From assembly GCA_030167145.1 (NCBI GenBank), contig CP126532.1, forward strand, positions 3,930,001-3,962,000: 32,000 nucleotides of DNA, read 5' to 3'. A model generated the notes under the pieces. The model was not told the origin of the DNA. It saw nothing but the letters and a program-made list of their open reading frames with translations, and did not search any database. The DNA comes from Ktedonobacterales bacterium (GTDB taxonomy: Bacteria; Chloroflexota; Ktedonobacteria; Ktedonobacterales; JADMIN01). Both the position numbers and the translations under genes were made by a program. Of the stretch, positions 7,954 to 15,304 are shown piece after piece. How positions within the stretch are numbered: position 1 is the first letter of the stretch; each line of letters begins with the position of its first letter.

Positions 7954-10467
7954 TCACACGATGTCCCATCCACCCGCATCGCCGCTTAGCTCGATGGTCC
8001 CCGCGCTCTCCACGCGATAAATGTAGGCATTGAGCGCGGTGGCGGCGTCGACGTCGGCGTCCCAAGGATAGAGCGTGGCCGCGCGTTGTGCGGTAGCGGA
8101 ATCCGGCGCAACCGGCGCAGCAGTGATGACCACCAGCCGGGGATGCGCCGCGCGCAGTACAGCGCCCAGCGGTCCATTTAGGTCCAGCGGCGCGCCTGGG
8201 GTGAGCGCCAGCGCCACCACGTCGGCGGATAGCGGCTCGCCAGCGGTGGCCAGCGCGTCCAGCGCGTAGGCATCCGCCGCGCCCAACAGCAGCACGCGCA
8301 AACCAGGGGTCTCCAGCCGCAGAATCAAATCGTTGCTGGCGGTGGTATCGCCCTCACCCGGCGGATAGAGCGTTTGCGGCGGCGCCAGCACCCGCAGCAG
8401 TGTCGTCGCATCGAGTTGGATTACGTCGCCTTCACGCACCTGCGTATGCGCCGCCCCCGCGCGCCGTGAGGCGTCGAGCCACGCCAGATAGTCCGTGCTG
8501 GGATGCGCCATACCCGCATCAGCGGTGTGTGCGATGGCGAAATGTGCCGCCAGATCTTGCAGTCCACGCACATCACCCGTGCGCGTATCGGTCAGCGCCA
8601 CCAAGTCAAACGAGCGCTGCCAGAGCGGCAGCTTGCCCGCCAGCGCGCTTTCCAGCGTGGGGCCATCCGGCCCGCCATTCACCAGCGCCGTCACCCCCGA
8701 AGGCAGGCGCAGCAGCATTGCCTCACCCCCTGGCCCCACGTTCAGGAAATCCACCCGCGCCGTGCGCGCGACCACCGCCGGAGCCGCCGCCCCGCACGAG
8801 CCGAGCAGCGCGACCGCTAACAGCGCGACTAGCGCGCGGCGCGAGAGCCGCACATGCCCCGGCGTCCCGTGGCGCGTGGACGCGCCCGATGCCGCGAATC
8901 GCCGCAGCAATGGCCACAACCGCCACAGCCCGACGATCACCGCGCCGTAGTAGAGCGCCGCGACGACCAGCGGCGTATTCTGAATCGCCAGCCATGCGCC
9001 AGGCAGTCCGGCGCAGACCGCGATGACGCTATCCACGAACCAGAGCAGCGGCCACGTGACCCAGGCCAGCGCCAGCGTCAGCACTGCGCCTACCCCGCCC
9101 GCCAGCAACGCGGCCAGCGCCAGCAGCCCGCCGAGCACCAGCAGCGGCGCCAGCAGCGGCACCGTCAGCAGGTTCGCCAGCGGCGCGATGAGCGAGAATT
9201 GATGGAACGTGAGCGCGAGCACCGGCATAGTCGCGAGCTGCGCAGCAACCGTCACCGCCAGCGACTCCGCGATAGCGTGCGCGCCCGGCAACCGGCACAG
9301 GCGCGCCGCCAGCCACGTCTGAAGCGGTGGCACGAGCAACGGCAGCCCGAAGGTCGCCAGCACGGTCAACTGAAAGCCCGCATCATAGATCACCGCTGGC
9401 TCGACCACCACCATCACCAGGGTTGCCAGCGCCAGCGCCGTGAAGACGTTGTAGGCGCGGCCCAGCGCGGGCGCCAGCGCTAGCAGCGCCCCCATGATCG
9501 CCGCGCGTATCGCCGCCGGCCCGCCTCCGCCCAGCGCAGCATACACCCCCACCGCAGCCAGCGCAGCAACGGCGCGCGGCCATGCGCCCAGCCGCCGCGC
9601 GCTATACGACGCCAGTTCAGCGAGCGTCGCCACCTTCAGCCCGGCGGGCACCACCAGATGGATCGTCCCCGTCGCCGTGAAGAGCGGCAGACGCGCACGC
9701 AGGGTCGGCGTCTTGAGTCCCAACAGGATGCCGATCAGCAGCGCGGCTTCTGGCTCTGGCAGCGCGCGCTGGATTGCCTCCGCCAGCCGCACGCGCAGAT
9801 CGAAGAGCCACGCCAGCAGTGGATTGCCACCGTTACGGCTCTCCACCGTCGCGCGCACGTTGCCCGTCAGCCGCGCCAGCACATCGGGCGCGCTATACCC
9901 CGCCCCCGGCGGCGCGAGTGTGCCGCTCAGTTCCACAGCATCGCCATACGCGGGCGCGAACCAGTCGTCCGGCCCGTTCACCGCCGCCTCGACCCGCCCC
10001 ACCGCCCGCTGCCACGTTTGCCCGCCATCCAGACTAACCGCTGTTACGTCCACGGTGAGGAAACGAAAACCCGCGCGCAGATCCGGCTCCGTCGCCACCG
10101 TCCCACGCAGCCACGCCGCTTCGCCGTGCGCCAGCCGCGAGATCGCCGCCGGATCGAATGATGGGTCAGCCGCCGCCGCGCGCGCCGCGCCCAGCGCCAC
10201 GAACATCCCCAGCAGCCCAGTCACCAAAACCATCCGCAGGCCAGCGCGCGGCGACCTCCGCCCAATCAGCGCGGCATTGACCCACACCGCGCCACAGATG
10301 AGCGCCAGCGCGAGCCACGCCCATGGCAGCACCGTCGCCAATACGCCAACGCCGCGCAGCACAATGCCCGCGATCAGCGCCGCCACCAGCGCCACCAGCA
10401 GATAGCCGCCGAAGAGTGGACGCTGGCGCACTCCCACGACGGGCGGCGCGGATGGGCTGGCAATCAC
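7954..10467 (-). CDS. comEC: DNA internalization-related competence protein ComEC/Rec2 (polytopic membrane domain plus C-terminal metallo-beta-lactamase-like domain)
   Basis: 837 aa with a GTG start and GAGGAGG 8 nt upstream. Many transmembrane segments are present. The ComEC core reads LFTATGTIHLVVPAGLKVA, and the C-terminal region VDFLNVGPGGEAMLL is lactamase_B-like. Confidence 0.9.
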   Translation of the reverse strand: MIASPSAPPVVGVRQRPLFGGYLLVALVAALIAGIVLRGVGVLATVLPWAWLALALICGAVWVNAALIGRRSPRAGLRMVLVTGLLGMFVALGAARAAAADPSFDPAAISRLAHGEAAWLRGTVATEPDLRAGFRFLTVDVTAVSLDGGQTWQRAVGRVEAAVNGPDDWFAPAYGDAVELSGTLAPPGAGYSAPDVLARLTGNVRATVESRNGGNPLLAWLFDLRVRLAEAIQRALPEPEAALLIGILLGLKTPTLRARLPLFTATGTIHLVVPAGLKVATLAELASYSARRLGAWPRAVAALAAVGVYAALGGGGPAAIRAAIMGALLALAPALGRAYNVFTALALATLVMVVVEPAVIYDAGFQLTVLATFGLPLLVPPLQTWLAARLCRLPGAHAIAESLAVTVAAQLATMPVLALTFHQFSLIAPLANLLTVPLLAPLLVLGGLLALAALLAGGVGAVLTLALAWVTWPLLWFVDSVIAVCAGLPGAWLAIQNTPLVVAALYYGAVIVGLWRLWPLLRRFAASGASTRHGTPGHVRLSRRALVALLAVALLGSCGAAAPAVVARTARVDFLNVGPGGEAMLLRLPSGVTALVNGGPDGPTLESALAGKLPLWQRSFDLVALTDTRTGDVRGLQDLAAHFAIAHTADAGMAHPSTDYLAWLDASRRAGAAHTQVREGDVIQLDATTLLRVLAPPQTLYPPGEGDTTASNDLILRLETPGLRVLLLGAADAYALDALATAGEPLSADVVALALTPGAPLDLNGPLGAVLRAAHPRLVVITAAPVAPDSATAQRAATLYPWDADVDAATALNAYIYRVESAGTIELSGDAGGWDIV

Positions 10468-10509
10468 CAGGCTGCCCTCCTCACTGCTTCATCTATCCGC
10501 TGAACCCAA

Positions 10510-10563
10510 GGTGGGGCGGACATTCCCGTCTGCCTGCTGGTGGGGCGGACATTCCTGTCTGCC
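10510..10563. repeat. Two tandem copies (period 29) of a 25-nt element, GGTGGGGCGGACATTCC(C/T)GTCTGCC; each copy can fold as a hairpin
   Basis: Copy 1 is 10510-10534 and copy 2 is 10539-10563, with 24/25 identity. The internal inverted repeat GGCGGACA/TGTCTGCC has one G-T pair on the plus strand and an A-C mismatch on the minus strand. The repeat lies 43-96 nt upstream of the comEC start. Confidence 0.85.
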
Positions 10564-10601
10564 CTCCCCAGCTCACCAGCCACCTGCGGAACCTGAAGCG
10601 C

Positions 10602-10630
10602 AGTATAGCAGGGCAGAGGCGCGCCGCAAA
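10602..10630 (-). promoter_or_regulatory. Candidate sigma-70-type promoter for comEC
   Basis: On the minus strand, TTTGCG (10630-10625), a 17-nt spacer, then TATACT (10607-10602). This was matched to the consensus by eye only. Confidence 0.25.
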
Positions 10631-10865
10631 GTCGCTCGTGACACGATGCTCCAGAAACCCAGTAGCCTGGAGCTTGCTACTCATGCCAGATTGTCTTGAG
10701 CCGATGGGGGAAACGCATCAGCGTTGAGACCAAGATGAGCTGCGGCTTAATGTGCTTTTCCAATTCAGGATGGACACCGGCCTGACCCGAACCCGCGCAG
10801 GCGGGTCTGGCGGCCGGAGGCCATCGCGGCGCGTTTCAACCGCCTGTTCGCGCCGCGTACATCAG

Positions 10866-11201
10866 CTAGCTTCCGAAGAGCGCCGAGCGTGGCGGCGAGT
10901 GTTGCGCCGTCTCCAGATACCACTGCTCATCGCCCAGAATCAGCACTTTGTGCATCACGATCACATCGTCGTCTGGCAGCGTCTCTGCCGCTTGCACACA
11001 GAGCCGCTCGATCTCCACGCCATCCTCGATCACCGATACTTTGTCTGGCTGAGCGTATACTCGGTACACTCGCCGCGGATTGCTGGGACTCACGATGTCC
11101 AGATACTCATGCCTGATGAGCTGTGCATACTCGCGGTCGTCCAGATGACTGGCGAGCAACGCAAACGCTCGCCGCCTCGTCTTTTTGCCAGAGCCAGACA
11201 T
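10866..11201 (-). CDS. Hypothetical 111-aa protein, translationally coupled to the upstream GG-terminated small protein
   Basis: The ATG at 11201 lies 2 nt after the upstream TAG. The upstream gene's terminal codons GGA GGC form a GGAGG Shine-Dalgarno 6 nt before this ATG. The N-terminus is basic (GKKTRRR), there is a single Cys (ERLCVQ), and no family was recognised. Confidence 0.55.
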   Translation of the reverse strand: MSGSGKKTRRRAFALLASHLDDREYAQLIRHEYLDIVSPSNPRRVYRVYAQPDKVSVIEDGVEIERLCVQAAETLPDDDVIVMHKVLILGDEQWYLETAQHSPPRSALFGS

Positions 11202-11203
11202 CG

Positions 11204-11449
11204 CTAGCCTCCAAAGACCGGCGGTATAACCACGATCTCACGCGCGTCGCGCACCAGGCGATCCGTGCGCACGTAGCGGCCATCAGGAAGCGCAATATAC
11301 GCGCGTGCGCCGCGTGCCCATCCCTCAGCAAAGATGCGCTCAGCCTCTGCAATCGCCGCCAGCGCCTCTGGATCCCCAGACTCCGCTGCGCCACTATCCC
11401 ACTCAAACTGCGCGTCCCCCTGACGCGACAGCACACGTAACATTCCCAT
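11204..11449 (-). CDS. 81-aa protein with predicted beta-alpha-beta pattern and a MoaD/ThiS/ubiquitin-like C-terminus (…EIVVIPPVFGG-stop)
   Basis: This uses the internal start of track ORF 11204-11719. The ATG at 11449 is preceded by GGGAGAG about 8 nt upstream. The upstream 90 codons of the track ORF are R/W/C-rich and not protein-like. The product is MGMLRVLSRQGDAQFEWD...DPEALAAIAEAERIFAEGW...YIALPDGRYVRTDRLVRDAREIVVIPPVFGG. Confidence 0.5.
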   Translation of the reverse strand: MGMLRVLSRQGDAQFEWDSGAAESGDPEALAAIAEAERIFAEGWARGARAYIALPDGRYVRTDRLVRDAREIVVIPPVFGG

Positions 11450-11971
11450 CAGGTTTCTCTCCCTCTGCCCATCTACCCAATCTCTTGCACCACTAGAGAT
11501 GTGTATGTGTATGCGCCATCTCGCTTGCTGGTGGCGCATGCCAGACCAGCTACGAGACAGCGCGCCCACATCCCCTGCGGCGGAGGACGGGAGCGACACG
11601 AGCGGAAACCCTGGCGAATCATCCATTTGGCAGCGATCACCTGCTGCTGGCGACCACGAACATCTCGCATAAACTCTGACCTTTAATCTTAGGTCAAAGG
11701 TCCGCGTGCGGCGATACATGGCGCAAAAAGTGCTGGACAGATCGTGATCGTAGGTGTACGATCACAACATGGATGCGCCAGCGCCGTGTATACGGAACCC
11801 CTGGCCTTCCCCCGGTCGTTCGTGCATCTAGCTTGCAACCCTGGAACACGACGACCGGGTCCCCTCGACTCTGATTTCCCTCGTTCTACGTGCTCGTGCG
11901 CCTCAGATACGGTCTGAGACCCCGTTGACCTCCTTTTTCGGCGGGTAGCTGGCTCGAAATCTCCGCCATCG

Positions 11972-12181
11972 CTAGCAGGCGATAGGCATCCCGCCACAGC
12001 CCGACGCATGGATTGGCGGGAAGGACAGAATCGTCGTTTGTGTCAGATGTTCGATTAGCATCGCAATACAGACGACGAAGAGATACAGCGCAAGCAATGT
12101 GGGCCAGCGCACTCTAACCACGCACGCTGTCGCCATTGGCGTCACTGCCTTCCGTGTTACTCTGGCACGATGGTTCATCAT
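11972..12181 (-). CDS. Possible 69-aa single-pass membrane peptide with Cys-rich tail
   Basis: GGAGG lies 4 nt before the ATGATG start. It has one hydrophobic segment (WPTLLALYLFVVCIAMLI) and the C-terminus ...PPIHASGCGGMPIAC. It sits 95 nt downstream of, and co-directional with, the anti-sigma gene. It is short and unrecognised, hence the low confidence. Confidence 0.35.
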   Translation of the reverse strand: MMNHRARVTRKAVTPMATACVVRVRWPTLLALYLFVVCIAMLIEHLTQTTILSFPPIHASGCGGMPIAC

Positions 12182-12276
12182 TCAGCCTCCGTTCATGTCT
12201 GTCGCTAACGCATGAGTCCACTACACAACACTAAACGCGACGTGCGAACAAAATATTGGGGTGTTCCCGTGCTGGG

Positions 12277-14109
12277 CTAGCTCACGTGCATCTCCGCATC
12301 GAGCAGCAATCCACGCCGTGCCCAAACCCCCCAGACGACAGCATCTCCGCGTGACTGCGCCTCCATCGCGTAGCGGTAGCAAGATAGCGCAGATTCTCTC
12401 TCACCACGCGACGCCCACTCCTGGCCTAACGCTGTATAGGTCTGGCAAAGGAGTGATGAGTCTCCGATCTTGCGCCCCACCCGTTCGATCTGTTCATACT
12501 TCGCCGTATGATTCGCGCGCTCTCCAGCCAGGCGTTCAAAGCGGAACGATGTCAGTAAGAGCAAACCCCTCACCGCCTCAGATTCCGCGTCGCTCTCAGA
12601 GAGAGCGTTTCGTGCTATAGCAAGCGATTGTTGCACATAGGGTTGGGCTAGCCGGACAAACACCTGACCCTGTTCGGGCTGTTCGTTCGCGGCCAAAGAT
12701 TCGGCAATATCGAGCGCACACTCCGCCACGACGGAGCGCAACTTCGCGTCATGGACTGTTTCAGCGCCAGGTGCAAGATCAGAGTAGACTTTCGCTGCGG
12801 CAAGCGCATAGCGTAAAGCGCGGTCGGGTTGACCGCTCCACCGATACAACAGCGCCGCCAGCCATTCGATGGAGGCTGCCTGAAGCTGGCTCTCTGGGAC
12901 GAGTTGAACGAGGCGCCTGGCTTCGGTGATGTGATCGGTCACTTGTTCATACTTGCCGAGAACAAACAGGTAATGCGCCAATAAGGTAAGCGTATGCAAC
13001 TCGAAGGACGGATCCACCGGCTCGCCTTCTTCAGACAGCGTGCGGACGGAATCAAGCGCGATATCAAAGTATTCCGCCGCCGCGCCGCAGTTCTGCACCG
13101 CGCCGTTCGCCACCCCACTTTGGAAAGCAAGCTCAGCAAGCGCGCCTACGTCTCCCAGCACACAGGCGATATCCTGCGCCTCATCTAGCCAGTTCATCGC
13201 GTCACGATACGCTGAGAGCGCGCTTGCGGCAACTGCCGAAACATAATACATCCTCATCCGCTGTCTCGCCGACATCAGGCCGTTCATGTTGTGCTGCGCC
13301 AATTGCCCCGCCAATACATAGTTGCCTTCCTTGATTGCGAAATACGCCTGGCGGAGGGATTGAGCAATTGCGAGCGAATAATCTGCATCTAGATGGGATT
13401 GGGCGTCGTCGGGCACATTGAGTGCGCTCTGCATCTGACGGCTGGGCGCTGGTACTGAGGTAGGAGTAACAATCTTTGGGGGAGGAGTCGTGGCAACTAC
13501 AGGCGGCTTGACATCGGTGGCGTGTCTCTGAGCCTCGGCAATGCGATCTTCTTCGTCCCAGAGCGCCTGGAGTTGTGGCGAGATGGTACGCGGAGCCTCG
13601 CGAACCCAATTGGCAAGCACCTCCGGAGGAATCGCGCGCAATGCCTCAGCATCCCAAACTTCCAGTAATTCAGGTGAGAACGCGGGCGAGCCATCTTGAG
13701 GCAATGCCTCTGAGAACGCGGGCGAGTCATCTAGAGGCAATGCCTCAGAACAGAGATGCTCGCGCAAGGCGGTAAGCGCAATGGGCGAGAGCGACTCCAA
13801 CACATCTGGCAGCGACTCGCTTGCGCTATGCACAATCAAATCATCTACGACCAGATACATCAGGCGGGCTGTACGGCACGTCTCACATTCAGCAAGGTGC
13901 GCCTTGAGCGCGCATTGCTCATCGGGCGCGAGGTCTTCTGGATCGCGTGTGGCCACCAGATGTTCCCAACCAGAGCAAGGTGATGCGACTGGTAGCTGGC
14001 CTGAAGCAACTGGCATAGACATCATGCTATCTAAAGAACTTCGCATGAGCGGATCGAGCGCACTGCTCGTGTCAGCGCCCAATGCGCCGTCTGTGTCGTA
14101 TGTTCCCAT
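12277..14109 (-). CDS. Putative soluble anti-sigma factor: N-terminal zf-HC2 (ZAS-type) motif plus C-terminal TPR-like helical repeat domain
   Basis: I prefer the ATG at 14109 (MGTYDTDG...). It is preceded by GTAGGAG, which contains the TAG stop of the upstream sigma gene. The H-x3-C-x2-C motif is HLAECETC. There is a Pro-rich linker but no obvious transmembrane segment. The C-terminal ~350 aa form repeated helical pairs with Ala/Tyr/Leu spacing typical of TPR. Confidence 0.7.
   Translation of the reverse strand: MGTYDTDGALGADTSSALDPLMRSSLDSMMSMPVASGQLPVASPCSGWEHLVATRDPEDLAPDEQCALKAHLAECETCRTARLMYLVVDDLIVHSASESLPDVLESLSPIALTALREHLCSEALPLDDSPAFSEALPQDGSPAFSPELLEVWDAEALRAIPPEVLANWVREAPRTISPQLQALWDEEDRIAEAQRHATDVKPPVVATTPPPKIVTPTSVPAPSRQMQSALNVPDDAQSHLDADYSLAIAQSLRQAYFAIKEGNYVLAGQLAQHNMNGLMSARQRMRMYYVSAVAASALSAYRDAMNWLDEAQDIACVLGDVGALAELAFQSGVANGAVQNCGAAAEYFDIALDSVRTLSEEGEPVDPSFELHTLTLLAHYLFVLGKYEQVTDHITEARRLVQLVPESQLQAASIEWLAALLYRWSGQPDRALRYALAAAKVYSDLAPGAETVHDAKLRSVVAECALDIAESLAANEQPEQGQVFVRLAQPYVQQSLAIARNALSESDAESEAVRGLLLLTSFRFERLAGERANHTAKYEQIERVGRKIGDSSLLCQTYTALGQEWASRGERESALSCYRYAMEAQSRGDAVVWGVWARRGLLLDAEMHVS
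13675..13746. repeat. 36-bp tandem duplication (2 copies, 2 mismatches) inside the anti-sigma gene
   Basis: TGAGAACGCGGGCGAG(C/T)CATCT(T/A)GAGGCAATGCCTC occurs twice. On the minus strand it encodes SEALPLDDSPAF / SEALPQDGSPAF. Confidence 0.9.
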
Positions 14110-14116
14110 CAATCTC

Positions 14117-15067
14117 CTACCCTTCACTCTGCTGAGCCGATGTATCATCCTTGTCTAGGAGCATCCGCACTTGCGCAAAACGATCAAGGACAACGTCGCC
14201 CTGAGCATCGAGTTTATCCTTGATGCGCAAGAGATCGGCGATTTGCACGACGGTATAACCGTGCGCCGCCAGATAGCGGCACAGCGGCTCAGCGAACGCC
14301 TGCCAGGCCTTAGTTATGTATCCGCCTACTGCTCCACGGCTAATGCGAAGCCCAGCGGCAATCTCCTGATAGCTTAGGGCAAACACGACGGAAAGAATGT
14401 AACAGTCGCGCTCGCGCGGGCCGCGCTTTTTGAGTTCCGCGCGTAGCAGTTCCGCGAGTTCGGTCAATATGCCTTTTTCACCGGTTGCCTCTAGCAACGA
14501 TCCCAGATGCTGGCCAATAGGTGGCGATTGCCGCACCTGCCTGGAAAGGAGATCAGAGAAAGCCGCATCGTGTCTCAATTCGTCCCAAAAGCTTCGGGCC
14601 GCTGCTTTCTCAGGAAAGACATCGCCCATGTTGTCTAAGGAGACAAATGTTGGACGGTGATCAGGCGCTGAGCGACGCGGGTAGCAATCACTCACCGCGC
14701 TGTTCACGACCGACTCAACGTATGCCCAGAATGTTCTGCCGGGGAAGACCTCAAACGGTGTGCCGTTACGCAGTCGCTTCCAAAGACGTATTTCTGTGTT
14801 TGCGGTGGCTTCTCTCGCTACCTCCTCCCGGCTCCTATACAACCTCAAAGGATCTGCGGCGGCATTCCACTGCCACAGCGCGGAATAGCTGTATGCATAA
14901 ACTGGCATGTGATAATAGCCCATCAAGTCCCTGTCAAATATCAGCCGCGCAGCTTCGACCTCCGACGTCTGAATCGCTTTCAAGATCTCAGGGTCACGAG
15001 GACGCGGGTTTGGGGGTGGAAATCGCCAACTCATAAGCATGCCCCTGTGGTAGAACCGACTGCGCAT
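14117..15067 (-). CDS. Extended ECF-like sigma-70 family factor
   Basis: 316 aa. The region-2-like part is TEIRLWKRL...FWAYVESVVNSAVSDCYPRR. The region-4 HTH-like part is RERDCYILSVVFALSYQEIAAGLRISRGAVGGYITKAWQ. Extra N- and C-terminal extensions are present. The start codon is uncertain. Confidence 0.7.
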   Translation of the reverse strand: MRSRFYHRGMLMSWRFPPPNPRPRDPEILKAIQTSEVEAARLIFDRDLMGYYHMPVYAYSYSALWQWNAAADPLRLYRSREEVAREATANTEIRLWKRLRNGTPFEVFPGRTFWAYVESVVNSAVSDCYPRRSAPDHRPTFVSLDNMGDVFPEKAAARSFWDELRHDAAFSDLLSRQVRQSPPIGQHLGSLLEATGEKGILTELAELLRAELKKRGPRERDCYILSVVFALSYQEIAAGLRISRGAVGGYITKAWQAFAEPLCRYLAAHGYTVVQIADLLRIKDKLDAQGDVVLDRFAQVRMLLDKDDTSAQQSEG

Positions 15068-15304
15068 GATAGGTGAACTCGCGGGTGAGTCCCATCATCC
15101 ACTCTATAACGGCAACCCATTGGAATTTATTGGGGGGATGGCGGCAAAGTAGCGAGGAGAAAATGTAGGCCACATGGCAATCACCGTTTTGATTTCCTAT
15201 ATTTCTCGCCCAGGAAAATGGGCCAAACCACCCAAAATGTGACATCGCGTGCAAAATGCGATACAACGTAGCGCAACGACATCGCTTCAGAAAGGCGGCG
15301 ACAC

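Noticed and set aside
8400-10405. Long plus-strand ORFs (8400-9026, 8854-9483, 9494-10405 and others) opposite comEC
   Set aside because: Their compositions are Arg/Pro/Ala/Ser-rich and low-complexity, with no motifs. They fully overlap the well-supported ComEC gene and are typical high-GC antisense shadow ORFs.
10752-11207. 151-aa plus-strand ORF opposite the 111-aa small gene
   Set aside because: Its composition is Arg-rich and it has no RBS. The minus-strand genes have coupled start/stop architecture and better coding character.
11450-11719. N-terminal 90 codons of the 171-aa track ORF 11204-11719
   Set aside because: That segment is R/W/C/S-rich and not protein-like. A good RBS (GGGAGAG) precedes the internal ATG at 11449, so I called the 81-aa version.
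11895-11935. TPP-riboswitch-like CUGAGA...ACCC element (plus strand)
   Set aside because: Only the hexamer and a short downstream similarity are present. The pyrimidine-sensor helix and the rest of the consensus are absent, and no thiamine gene is adjacent.
14110-14148. Longer start (14148) for the anti-sigma/TPR gene, overlapping the sigma gene by 32 nt
   Set aside because: The ATG at 14109 has a GTAGGAG RBS at proper spacing and avoids the overlap. The extra 13 residues (MIHRLSRVKGRRL) add nothing recognisable. This is not decisive without N-terminal data.
11450-15300. Apparent lower-GC compositional island covering the sigma/anti-sigma block
   Set aside because: Hand counts of several 60-nt lines gave 52-62% here against 67-68% in comEC and dprA. 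Lines inside the ABC transporter gene (for example around 27000 and 28020) are also 52-57%. The contrast is therefore not specific enough to claim horizontal acquisition without a proper sliding-window or codon-usage computation.
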